Of a DNA stretch of 64,000 nucleotides, positions 9,401 to 17,765 are shown piece after piece. The position numbers were made by a program, and so were the translations under genes. The stretch comes from Kiritimatiellia bacterium (GTDB taxonomy: Bacteria > Verrucomicrobiota > Kiritimatiellia > RFP12 > UBA1067): assembly GCA_050949565.1 (NCBI GenBank), contig JBMNFY010000015.1, positions 1 to 64,000 on the forward strand. The letters are read 5' to 3'. Below the pieces are notes generated by a model. That model did not search any database and had not been told where the DNA came from. It saw only the letters and a list, made by a program, of their open reading frames with translations. Within the stretch, counting starts at the first letter, position 1, and each line of letters starts with the position of its first letter.

Positions 9401-10309
9401 CGCCCCCGTGCGCAGGTTGACGCGCGCGATCTTGTTCTTATAGCCCTTGGGCGCAAGCGTATGCGTGCCCAGCCAGTTGGCCTTGAGCGCCACCCTGTCA
9501 GACAACACGACCAGAATCTCGTCAAAATCAACATAGGGGTTTTCCGCGACCAGCGCCTTGAACTTCAGATCGCTGAAAGCGGCGAGTTCCTTGATAGCCT
9601 CGGCATCGCCCTTCTCGATGCGCTCCAGCAGCGCGGGCATGTTCGCGACAAACGCTTCCGCCTTTTTGAGGTACTCGCGCCCATTTTTGTAGGCGCGCGG
9701 CTTGGTCTTCAGGATGTGCCGGATCGAGCGCACCAGCGCCTCGGGCGATGAGATCGATATCAGCGCTTTCTGCGCTTCGGCGGCTTCGCGTTGGCGCGCC
9801 TTCTCGCGCATCTCTCCCATATCCTGCCGCTTGCTACTGGGCGTGCAAGCTGCGGCCAGTTCCCCTGCCTGACCGCCCGGCGCCTTCACTGTCGCCTTGA
9901 GTGCGTGACCGCCGATGTGATTGAAATAGAGCAGGTTGACCTGATGCTTGCCGACCGGCAGTTCGATACTCCCCTTACGGCTGACAGTCCCGTGCAGGCC
10001 GTCGTTCATGACCACCGGCTGGCCGTTGACATACAGCGCGCTGCCGTCGTCCGAGGCGACCTCGAACTCATAGGAGCCTGCGGTCTTGACCTCAAGCAAG
10101 CCGGAAAACTCGATATTCCAGAAGTCACCGTATTTTTTGTCGCCCATCGAATCGATGACGCCGACCGTACCGGTCCCCAACTGCTTGCCTTCACCGATCA
10201 TCGCCACCGTGCTCAACTTGCCTGAGTGCGCAAAGAAAGTCATCTCGGCACGCCCGGTCCCAGCCAGGCACGCCAACACGATCAAACGCAACCATCCGCC
10301 TTTGTTCAT
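6422..10309 (-). CDS. Large secreted protein: PA14 + HzsA-like propeller/middle domain + 2 c-type hemes + FGE-sulfatase (SUMF1) domain
   Basis: PA14 motif (YEFEVASDDGSALY..NDGLHG), LGTVKVEEDGSA.F.VPA...LQPLD..GRAVQ, CIGCH, CIRCH, LPTEAQWEWACRAG, PNAWGLFDMHGNVAEW, RGGSF, GFRIV. Likely start MNKGG at 10309. Confidence 0.85.
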   Translation of the reverse strand: MNKGGWLRLIVLACLAGTGRAEMTFFAHSGKLSTVAMIGEGKQLGTGTVGVIDSMGDKKYGDFWNIEFSGLLEVKTAGSYEFEVASDDGSALYVNGQPVVMNDGLHGTVSRKGSIELPVGKHQVNLLYFNHIGGHALKATVKAPGGQAGELAAACTPSSKRQDMGEMREKARQREAAEAQKALISISSPEALVRSIRHILKTKPRAYKNGREYLKKAEAFVANMPALLERIEKGDAEAIKELAAFSDLKFKALVAENPYVDFDEILVVLSDRVALKANWLGTHTLAPKGYKNKIARVNLRTGAVADIYEPKDGSYLGELDLHYDGDKLLFTATDTNNMFQVMEVGIDGKNLRQVSTIIGQYVHNYGGIYLPDERIVFSSTAPLIGVPCIGGSRTVPNLYVMDADGGNTRQLTFEQDADWYPTVREDGQIMYLRWEYTDIMHYYARIMMTMNPDGTNQRSIYGSQCLWPNSMFNARPIPGKPGQFIAVVSGHHGVAGSGKLTIFDTNKGHVHADGVVQHIPGYGKKVTHVTVDQLYPTVKKELLGQFPNLQQDVDKLIAEQMPPESQKDKDYHELNNDFFNKCYPRLKHIYPEMALDLDTLVDGVFPQFVQPYPLSAEYYLTVAKLTGQGSWGLYLVDTFDNMVPLANPEAGGYRYMVEPYPFKKRVRPPVIPSKVNLKDKEGVCYIQNVYRGPGLKGVPEGTIKSLRLFTYAYGYYNIGNHHHIGVESGWDIKRLLGTVKVEEDGSAMFRVPANTTISLQPLDSQGRAVQLFRSWLVVMPGEKLSCIGCHEPPNEPPITTKTIASGKPPQAITPHRATVEGFAFAMEVQPVLDAYCIRCHDGSDPKKPDFKNKELVDTKRIEERFSHSYHAFHRYFRRPGPESAGTMGIPYEFHASTSEGIQLLEKGHYGVKLDDESWQRLYTWIDLNVPYHGNWTSVYSLDVNRHAWTTNISARAAELRAKYANIDDDWEAVPAQPYPVKPTGEKSEERSAPVNVSAKGWPFDADTAKRMQREAGGEITRTLDLGDGIRITLVRIPAGEFVMGSDTETAFEQPRHHIKIEKPFWMSESEINNAAFFAFKPDHNASVFDQQYKDHVRLGYYANYVEQPAVRMSWIDADAFCAWAAKRSGAKVALPTEAQWEWACRAGSASPMSFGAVTDDFSPFANLADKSIQKYAVNGVNPVFNKGLVGNRAYDFVPRVSDFDDKQFLVSGTKQYQPNAWGLFDMHGNVAEWTRSDYARYPYSPKSDSRRHDVKKTVRGGSFYDRPYRATSSYRLGYEAWQGVFNVGFRIVVEE

Positions 10310-10417
10310 CGCAAAAATCCTCCGCTCGTCACTAAGAGTGTGAAATATGTGGTTTAGCTTACCCTGTTTAGCCGCCTCGTTCAAGGTCAGAGAGAGGCAG
10401 AAAAGTTAGTTGGTTAT

Positions 10418-11545
10418 TCACTTTCCGATCACATGTCGGTAAACGGCCGCGGTGCGTGCGGCGGTTTCTTCCCAAGTGAATTGTGCGGCGCGTGCGCGGC
10501 CGCGCTCAATCAGCGCCGCGCGCTGCGCGGGATCGTCCAGCACGGACACTAAACACGCGCGCAGGCTGTCGGCGTCCTCCGGCGCAAAGTAGAGCGCGGC
10601 ATCGCCGCCGACCTCGGGAAAGCAACTCGCCTCCGCCAGCACAGCCGGACAGCCGGCAACAAAGGCTTCCAGAATCGGCAACCCGAAACCCTCGTATTCT
10701 GACGGGTAGATAAACGCGCTCGCTTGTCCGTAGAGCCGCGCCAGGTCTGCGTCGTCGTAAAACTCAGCGGATACCCGGCGCGCAATCCCCAATCGCCGTA
10801 ACAACACGGTTTCGCGGCGCGTGAACGACGCCCCCGTGCAGACCAACCGCAACGCGGGACGCTCTCGCAGCAACGGCGCCAGCGCTTCGACCAGCCACGC
10901 GAAACGCTTCTGCCGGTTGCGCGTCCCCACATAGAGCAGGAATGGGGCGCTGCTCGTATCTGCTGTCTCTTCTACCGATGGCGCGGGAAGGGTCGGCGCG
11001 TGGTAGATAACCTCGACCTTGCTCTCGGGAACCCCGAAAAAGTGCACGCAGTCGCGGCGGGTATTTTCCGAAACCGCGATCAGTCGAGCCGCGCGCGCCG
11101 CCAGTCGTTTGCGCTGTTCAAAATAAACCGGGCTCTGCCAGTAGCGCTCGGGGATCAGGTCGTGAACCGTATAGACGAACGGTATATCGCCGAGCAACGG
11201 CAACCAATCGTCATCAAAATCCAGCGTGATGTGCAGCACGTCCGGCGGGTTGCGGCGGAGCAGCGCATGCAGGTGGGGACGGTTGAGGCGACGCAGGTGC
11301 GCCTCGCGCAGTTTCCGAACCAGCCGGCCTCGCGCGAGTCCGGCTGGTAGCACGCCGTCCTCAGCCCAGAGCCCGCGGTATGGCTTTACACCGGGCAACT
11401 CTACAGCATGGACGTTGGGCGAGACCGACACCCCCACAACCGGTGTGCAGTCGGCCGGCAGGTGTGCGATCAGTTTGGCAAAGTATCGCGAGATACCGCC
11501 CCACCGCTGGTAGATGAAGATCTGATCGTCGTAGAGAATACGCAT
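10418..11545 (-). CDS. Glycosyltransferase family 4 (group 1)
   Basis: MRILYDDQIF..Q.WGGISRYF, YTVHD.IPE, IAVSENT, FIYPSEYEGFGLPILEA. Confidence 0.93.
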   Translation of the reverse strand: MRILYDDQIFIYQRWGGISRYFAKLIAHLPADCTPVVGVSVSPNVHAVELPGVKPYRGLWAEDGVLPAGLARGRLVRKLREAHLRRLNRPHLHALLRRNPPDVLHITLDFDDDWLPLLGDIPFVYTVHDLIPERYWQSPVYFEQRKRLAARAARLIAVSENTRRDCVHFFGVPESKVEVIYHAPTLPAPSVEETADTSSAPFLLYVGTRNRQKRFAWLVEALAPLLRERPALRLVCTGASFTRRETVLLRRLGIARRVSAEFYDDADLARLYGQASAFIYPSEYEGFGLPILEAFVAGCPAVLAEASCFPEVGGDAALYFAPEDADSLRACLVSVLDDPAQRAALIERGRARAAQFTWEETAARTAAVYRHVIGK

Positions 11546-11588
11546 GAGGTGACAAGTAATAGGTAACAGGTAAGAAGTAGAAGGTAAG

Positions 11589-11645
11589 TCTTGCCCGTGT
11601 ATCATGGGCGGGACGCCCATGTCACGAGGGGCTTTGCAAGAGCCT
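11589..11645. repeat. Partial reverse copy of the 99-bp REP-carrying MITE (see 63174)
   Basis: tcttgcccgtg..catgggcgggacgcccatg...ttgcaagagcct. Confidence 0.75.
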
Positions 11646-11666
11646 TGTTCGTTCAATGTTCGGGGT

Positions 11667-12587
11667 TCACACCTTTGCGTTCTCGCGGAAAAAGGTCTCT
11701 TCGGTTTCGGCAAACGGGTCGAAGGAGGCGGCATCCATAATCAACAGGTCGAGGTAGTAGCAGCCGTCGGCTTGATGGTAGGCCAACAGGTCACGGAAGG
11801 TGCGAGTGTCGGCGCAAGTATCGCGTCCCATCAGTACCCCGAAATTGTCATAAATCAGAAATCCGTGGTAGCCGTAGGCGACCAACTGCGCGACCAACTC
11901 GGCGCAACGCTCGCCGAAAGCCGGATCGCCACGGGCGTCGCACTCGATCAGCAGTGCCGGGCGGTCGCGCTGCAACAAGTCACGCGCGCCCTCCAGCACC
12001 TCGAACTCGTGACCGTCGGTATCGATTTTGAGCAGATCGACCCCGCTCGCGAACGGAGCGTTTTGCGTCAAGGCGTCGAGGGTCGTGCACCGCATCGGTT
12101 GGCCGTGATCGGCGGGCGTGATCGTGGCAGAGCCGTCGCGTTTATGAATGACGGCACGCATCTCGCCACAGGCAGCACCGCAGAATTCTTGACGCAGTGT
12201 CACGCGCGGATCGCGCCCCCAGTTGTGTTGCAGACAATCGAAAAATGTCGGATCGGGCTCGATCGCCAGCAGGTGGTCGTCGGACTGCGGATCGAATGCC
12301 GCCAGCGTGTCGCCGATGTTGGCGCCGACATCAATCGCCGTGAGGCGGCCGCGCGCGCGGCGCAGGAATCCTGCCAACCGACGCGGCAGGCGGTCGTAAA
12401 AGCGGTAGCGTGCCAGATAGTCGGGCAAGATGTGCGAGAGCGGCATACGGAGTGTGCGTCCGTGGACCGTCATCGCGCATGCGGGATCGCCCAACAGCCG
12501 CACTGCGACCGCGCGGATACAGAACCACACTTTACGTCGCAGGCCGCGAGTAGCCAGGCAACGGGAATAGAGCCGTGTTGCGAACAT
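11667..12587 (-). CDS. FkbM family methyltransferase
   Basis: IDVGANIG, AIEP, LLKIDTDGHEFEVLEGA. Confidence 0.9.
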   Translation of the reverse strand: MFATRLYSRCLATRGLRRKVWFCIRAVAVRLLGDPACAMTVHGRTLRMPLSHILPDYLARYRFYDRLPRRLAGFLRRARGRLTAIDVGANIGDTLAAFDPQSDDHLLAIEPDPTFFDCLQHNWGRDPRVTLRQEFCGAACGEMRAVIHKRDGSATITPADHGQPMRCTTLDALTQNAPFASGVDLLKIDTDGHEFEVLEGARDLLQRDRPALLIECDARGDPAFGERCAELVAQLVAYGYHGFLIYDNFGVLMGRDTCADTRTFRDLLAYHQADGCYYLDLLIMDAASFDPFAETEETFFRENAKV

Positions 12588-12655
12588 ATGTGATTGCTCC
12601 CGACTCACGGCTCTCCTTTTCACTGGGAACGCATGATCTTCGCACATCTTTATCG

Positions 12656-12840
12656 CTTGCCTATAACTTGAGCGTTAAAAGTTGAACGTTGAGCGTTGAA
12701 CGTTTTTTAACTCAGAACGCTGAACGTCGAACTCAGAACGCTGAAGGTGAAAACTCCTTGCCCATCACTTACACTGATCAAAGTTGTCCTCATTTACATT
12801 CCCGTGCGAAGCGTAGGCGGCGGGCTAACCAATTACCATC
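12656..12840. repeat. Dispersed element, copy 3
   Basis: Matches 1812-1967 and 215-360. Confidence 0.85.
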
Positions 12841-14170
12841 ATTGCAGCACCAATCGCGGGAAGACGATCAGGATGATGACGAGATGGATGACGGCTGCAA
12901 GCAGGCGCGAGGCGGCCAGTCCCTCGGCCCCCCACTGGACCAGATACCAGCCGCCGATGAGCATGGTTGCGGCCCAGCCGGTGTTGATTAGAAAGCCGGC
13001 CCACATGCGTCCGCTGGCAGTGATCGCGCTGGCGACCGGCGTGAGTACGGCTGACACCGCGCCAGCCAGAACCAGCATGATCATCGTCCAGTAGCCATCG
13101 GCGAAGGCGGGGCCGTAGCTGCGCATCACGAGGGGACTGAATAAGCAGAGCAACAGCGCGACGGGCAGGGTGACGCAGGTCACGCCTGCGAGCATGCCGC
13201 GTAGGACGCGCAGCGAGGCTTGTACCTCGCCGGCGCCGAACTGTTCGGCCATCACCGGCACGGTCGCTGTGCAAAGAACGGTAGCCAGGAATTGTAGCGC
13301 GGCCTGCCATTGGAACGCAGCATTGAAGACACCCAGTTCTGCATAGCCGTCGGGCTGGTTGGCCAGAAACGCGCAGGTGGCCCAATTGACCGGACCGAGG
13401 AAGAGCAGGATCAGGAAGGTCGGCAGACTATAGTGGATCAGTACCCGCCACTCGGCCATCATGCCGCGCCAACGCAGACGCAGATTAAACGACCGCCAGG
13501 CGCGTCGCACCGCCAACAGTGTCAAAAGTGCCGTGCCGCCCGTGCCGCACGCCAGCGCGGTCACCGCGCCCACCATGCCCCATCGCCAGGCCCCCAACAC
13601 CACCAACAATGACTGGAGCAGACTGCCGGCAATGTTGACGCGCGAGGCGGAAGCGAAAGCTTCGCATCCGCTCAGCGAGCAGCTCTGCACGCTGATCAGC
13701 ACCCCGAGTGCCATCGTGACCGCGCTGATGCGCAGGAGCCCCGCAAGGTGCGGCGCGGCCAAGGCACGCTCGGCCAACCACGGCGCAAAAAAGAAAAGCG
13801 CGACCCCGCACAGGATCGCGCTCGCAGTGGCGACAAGCATTGATAACGCCAAGATTCGTCCAGCACGTTCGGGATCGGCGTGTTTCAGTTCCGCGATGTG
13901 CTTCGTGACGGTTTGACCGAGGCCCAGGCCGGCCAGGCTGGCGACGGTCGCCGCCGTGCCGTTCACGATGCCGTACTCGCCGAAGCCGGTGCGCCCGAGT
14001 ATGCGCGCCAGCAGAAACGAACAGACCACCGTGATGACGCGCGAACCGACGGCAGCCACCGCGCCCCAGAACGCACCACGCGCCAACCGGCGGCGTATCG
14101 GCGACGCAAGCAGCGGCAGAATGCGCTCACGCACAAACGGAAGCTGCTGAATGGCGGCAAGGAGAGACAC
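12839..14170 (-). CDS. Oligosaccharide/O-antigen flippase (Wzx-like)
   Basis: About 12 hydrophobic segments, LARILG...FGEYG and GLG..TKHIAE, within a polysaccharide cluster. Confidence 0.88.
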   Translation of the reverse strand: MSLLAAIQQLPFVRERILPLLASPIRRRLARGAFWGAVAAVGSRVITVVCSFLLARILGRTGFGEYGIVNGTAATVASLAGLGLGQTVTKHIAELKHADPERAGRILALSMLVATASAILCGVALFFFAPWLAERALAAPHLAGLLRISAVTMALGVLISVQSCSLSGCEAFASASRVNIAGSLLQSLLVVLGAWRWGMVGAVTALACGTGGTALLTLLAVRRAWRSFNLRLRWRGMMAEWRVLIHYSLPTFLILLFLGPVNWATCAFLANQPDGYAELGVFNAAFQWQAALQFLATVLCTATVPVMAEQFGAGEVQASLRVLRGMLAGVTCVTLPVALLLCLFSPLVMRSYGPAFADGYWTMIMLVLAGAVSAVLTPVASAITASGRMWAGFLINTGWAATMLIGGWYLVQWGAEGLAASRLLAAVIHLVIILIVFPRLVLQ

Positions 14171-14179
14171 GGGGGGAGG

Positions 14180-14500
14180 GAGAGGTAAGAGGTAAGAGGT
14201 AATAACGCGGGCGGCGCCCGCAATCTAAGTTAATTAGTTAATTAGTGCATGAGTTCATTAGTCCATCTGGGAGCGCGCTACCTTGCCCAAAAAACCTCTG
14301 TGCCTCCGTGCCTCTGTGGTTAAATAGCCGAGCAGCAGCGCTTTTACTCTCACAGTTGCGAACCACTGCGTGGTCGCAGGTTGACTCGCGACCCGCGACT
14401 TGCGACTTGCGGCTAGCCCTGCCACCCCCCAAAAAAATCTGCGTAATCTGTAAATCTGTGGATAACAAACCCGAGCCATGCCAAAACAAACTAACGCACT
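14180..14500. repeat. Intergenic mosaic of short repeat modules
   Basis: (gtaagag)n, ttaattag/ctaat repeats, ctctgtgcctccgtgcctctgtggttaa, palindrome ttgcgaaccactgcgtggtcgca, (gcgactt)n, atctgcgtaatctgtaaatctgtggataa. Confidence 0.8.
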
Positions 14501-15161
14501 AATGCACTTCTTCCTTGGCTGTTGCAAAATGCAGAATGCTTTCGATGGTGCCGAAGAGGAGGATCAGATAGCCGCAAAATTCGCCGCTTTCTTCGAAGAC
14601 GCGCTTGATGTTGCGCACATGCTCCTCATCCATGAAAAGCCGGAAAAAAGGACCATGGCCGACCAGTTGCGCGAGCGGCACGGCGACCATAAAACCGGCC
14701 CAGAGTACCGCGAAGGCTGGCGTGCGCAGGAATGCCGCGATCTGCGGTAGCAGCGTGCGATGGTGACGCACTAACAACCAAGCGGCCACCACCAGAAACA
14801 CCCCCCCGATCTTCCAGCCCACGACCGGTAACAGGCGGTTCAGCACACGATCCACCTCACGCGTCGCCGCAAAGGCTGTGACACAACCAAGCAGTAGCGC
14901 AAGTTGCCGGTGTTTCGGCAGACAGAGTGCACTCAACGTGAAAAGTAGAATGTTAGTTGTCAACAAACCGAACTGAAACCACTCAAGAGAACCGTTCTCG
15001 TAAAAAAACTCGACACCATGATGACGCACGATATCCGGCAGCATAACCGACAACGCGGCAACCAGTAACGTATACACGGCAAAACGCAGTGCCAACGGCA
15101 GGCTCGCACGGACGGTTGCGGAAGTGAAAACGGAAGTGGAAGTGGGATCGTTTGTGCTCAT
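14499..15161 (-). CDS. Hypothetical membrane protein (~6 TM)
   Basis: Hydrophobic segments, ATG start, co-oriented with the operon. Confidence 0.75.
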   Translation of the reverse strand: MSTNDPTSTSVFTSATVRASLPLALRFAVYTLLVAALSVMLPDIVRHHGVEFFYENGSLEWFQFGLLTTNILLFTLSALCLPKHRQLALLLGCVTAFAATREVDRVLNRLLPVVGWKIGGVFLVVAAWLLVRHHRTLLPQIAAFLRTPAFAVLWAGFMVAVPLAQLVGHGPFFRLFMDEEHVRNIKRVFEESGEFCGYLILLFGTIESILHFATAKEEVH

Positions 15162-15252
15162 TTTTACGAAGTAAGGGGTGAGAGATGAGAGGTAAGAGGT
15201 AAGAGGTAGGAGGCACTTATTACCTATTACCCATTACCTATTACTTGAACTG

Positions 15253-16539
15253 TCAGGCTTTAACGTAATGCGTCGAGGCTGCGGCGAAGGGCATGGCATT
15301 GCGGGTATCGACAATGAGCGCGGCCCACTCGGCGAGCTGGCGGTAATCGATGCAAGTATGCGCGGTGGCGATCAGTACGCAATCAAAGGCGGCGATGGTC
15401 TCGCGAGACCACTCGACTGACTGCGTGCCGGCCCACTGCGGATGTTCGCGCGTGACCTTGATCACCGGCACGAAAGGATCATAGTACGAGACCTGGGCGC
15501 CGCGCTGCTTGAGCAGCTCCATCAGCACGTAACTCGGCGATTCGCGGTCGTCATCGACGTTGGCTTTGTAGGCGAGGCCGATCACCAGCACCCGGCTGCC
15601 GTTGAGCGGTTTTTTGACCGTGTTCAGCGCCTCGCTGACACGCGTGACGACATGTTCGGGCATGCGGGTGTTGATTTCACCGGCCAATTCGATAAAGCGC
15701 GTGGCCTGTCCGTACTCGCGCGCCTTCCAGGCCAGATAAAAGGGATCGATCGGGATACAGTGGCCACCGAGCCCAGGGCCGGGATAGAAGGGCATGAAGC
15801 CGAAGGGCTTGGTTTTGGCGGCCTCGATCACCTCCCAAATGTCGATGTCCATCGCGTCGTACACGATCTTCAGTTCGTTGACCAGCGCAATGTTGACGCA
15901 ACGGAAGATGTTTTCCATCAGCTTGGTGGCCTCGGCGGCGCGGCAAGAGGAGACCGGCACCAACGTCTGGATGGCGATGCCGTAGATCTCCTGCGCCTTG
16001 GCCAAACAGGCCGGAGTGTAGCCGCCAATCACCTTGGGAATCGAGGCAACGACGCTCTGCGGGTTGCCGGGGTCTTCGCGTTCGGGAGAGAAGGCGAGAT
16101 GGAAGTCGCGGCCGGCGGTGAGGCCGGAGCCCGCTTCCAGCACACCGCGCAGATCCTCATCGGTCGTGCCGGGATAGGTCGAAGATTCAAGCGCGACCAG
16201 CACGCCGGGACGCAGATGCGGCGCGAGTGCCTCACCGGTTGACATGATAAAGGAGATGTCCGGCTCGCGGTTTTTGTTGAGCGGCGTGGGCACACAAATG
16301 ATCGCGGCGTCGACCTGCTGCACCGCCGCGAAATCGGTGGTGGCGGAGAGACGTCCGGCGGCGAACTGCTCGCGGATCGCCTCCGGTGTGATGTGCTTGA
16401 TGTAGGAGCGCCCTTGCTTGAGGGCGTCGACCTTGGCGGGATCGATGTCAATGCCGATAACAGTGGCACCGGATCGGCTGAATTGGAGGGCCAAGGGCAA
16501 ACCGACGTAGCCGAGGCCGATGATAGCGATGGTTTTCAT
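15253..16539 (-). CDS. Nucleotide-sugar dehydrogenase (UDP-GlcNAc/ManNAc 6-dehydrogenase, WbpA/WecC-like)
   Basis: IIGLGYVGLPLA, ICVPTP, ESSTYPGTT, SPEREDPGN, K..EN.FR.VNIA, GPGLGGHCIPIDP, GLAYK..VDDDRESP. Confidence 0.95.
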   Translation of the reverse strand: MKTIAIIGLGYVGLPLALQFSRSGATVIGIDIDPAKVDALKQGRSYIKHITPEAIREQFAAGRLSATTDFAAVQQVDAAIICVPTPLNKNREPDISFIMSTGEALAPHLRPGVLVALESSTYPGTTDEDLRGVLEAGSGLTAGRDFHLAFSPEREDPGNPQSVVASIPKVIGGYTPACLAKAQEIYGIAIQTLVPVSSCRAAEATKLMENIFRCVNIALVNELKIVYDAMDIDIWEVIEAAKTKPFGFMPFYPGPGLGGHCIPIDPFYLAWKAREYGQATRFIELAGEINTRMPEHVVTRVSEALNTVKKPLNGSRVLVIGLAYKANVDDDRESPSYVLMELLKQRGAQVSYYDPFVPVIKVTREHPQWAGTQSVEWSRETIAAFDCVLIATAHTCIDYRQLAEWAALIVDTRNAMPFAAASTHYVKA

Positions 16540-16563
16540 AAATCGTCAGGTGGATGAGTTAAT

Positions 16564-17326
16564 TTTTAACGCAGAGACGCAGAGACGCAGAGGTTGTGGG
16601 TTGTGGGGTTTTAACGCAGAGACGCAGAGACGCAGAGGTTGTGGGTTGTGGGGTTTTAACGCAGAGACGCAGAGACGCAGAGGTTGTGGGTTGTGGGGTT
16701 TTAACGCAGAGACGCAGAGACGCAGAGGTTGTGGGTTGTGGGGTTTTAACGCAGAGACGCAGAGACGCAGAGGTTGTGGGTTGTGGGGTTTTAACGCAGA
16801 GACGCAGAGACGCAGAGGTTGTGGGTTGTGGGGTTTTAACGCAGAGACGCAGAGGTTGTGGGTTGTGGGGTTTTAACGCAGAGACGCAGAGACGCAGAGG
16901 TTGTGGGTTGTGGGGTTTTAACGCAGAGACGCAGAGACGCAGAGGTTGTGGGTTGTGGGGTTTTAACGCAGAGACGCAGAGGTTGTGGGTTGTGGGGTTT
17001 TAACGCAGAGACGCAGAGACGCAGAGGTTGTGGGTTGTGGGGTTTTAACGCAGAGACGCAGAGACGCAGAGGTTGTGGGTTGTGGGGTTTTAACGCAGAG
17101 ACGCAGAGACGCAGAGGTTGTGGGTTGTGGGGTTTTAACGCAGAGACGCAGAGACGCAGAGGTTGTGGGTTGTGGGGTTTTAACGCAGAGACCGCAGAGG
17201 TTGTGGGTTGTGGGGTTTTAACGCAGAGACGCAGAGACGCAGAGGTTGTGGGTTGTGGGGTTTTAACGCAGAGACGCAGAGACGCAGAGGTTGTGGGTTG
17301 TGGGGTTTTAACGCAGAGGCGCAGAG
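16564..17326 (+). repeat. Tandem array of a 45-bp unit, 17 units plus a partial 18th
   Basis: Unit ttttaacgcagagacgcagagacgcagaggttgtgggttgtgggg. Units at 16834 and 16961 lack one gcagagac (37 bp) and the unit at 17178 is a 38-bp variant. Confidence 0.97.
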
Positions 17327-17342
17327 GGAGGCAAAGGGGGTT

Positions 17343-17723
17343 TCAAAGTCTGTTTACAACACGATGGATACCCTCTTTAATTGTCGTTGCACCGAAATTG
17401 ACCACAAGTCCCAACTTGAGGCTTTTTAAGCGGAGATACGTCAGCACCTGGATGTCGAAAATCGTGTTGTAGAGCTCAACAGCCTTACACTCAACAACCA
17501 CTTTTTCCTCAACCAGCAAATCCAGTCTCAGGGGTGTCCCTAAACGATGCCCTTTGTACACAAGAGGGACGGGCACCTGTCGTTCTACTGAAACGCCCCT
17601 ATCCTGCAACTCAAATGCTAGAGCTTCTTCATACACGGACTCAAGCAACCCCGGCCCACCCAATTCCTTGTGGACAGCAATCGCAGCATCAAGAATGATC
17701 GCGCTGATCTCATTCTCTACCAT
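17343..17723 (-). CDS. GxxExxY protein (PD-(D/E)XK nuclease-like, PDDEXK_3 type)
   Basis: VHKELGGPGLLESVYE.AL..EL, RLDLLVE.KVVVECKAV, QVLTYL, GLVVNFG. Lower GC than its neighbours. Confidence 0.95.
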   Translation of the reverse strand: MVENEISAIILDAAIAVHKELGGPGLLESVYEEALAFELQDRGVSVERQVPVPLVYKGHRLGTPLRLDLLVEEKVVVECKAVELYNTIFDIQVLTYLRLKSLKLGLVVNFGATTIKEGIHRVVNRL

Positions 17724-17765
17724 TCCATCTCTCCGCAATTAGTATCCCTACGCTAAAAACATCCA

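Noticed and set aside
6422-10309. True hydrazine synthase / anammox capability
   Set aside because: Only domain-level resemblance, fused to PA14 and FGE domains, with no hzsABC operon structure.
16564-17326. CRISPR array
   Set aside because: Units are identical end to end with no unique spacers, and there are no cas genes in the window.
16520-17472. ORFs of repeated NAETQRRRGCGLWGF / GCGVLTQRRRDAEVV
   Set aside because: By-products of a stop-free 45-bp repeat, antisense to the operon, with frames broken by the short units.
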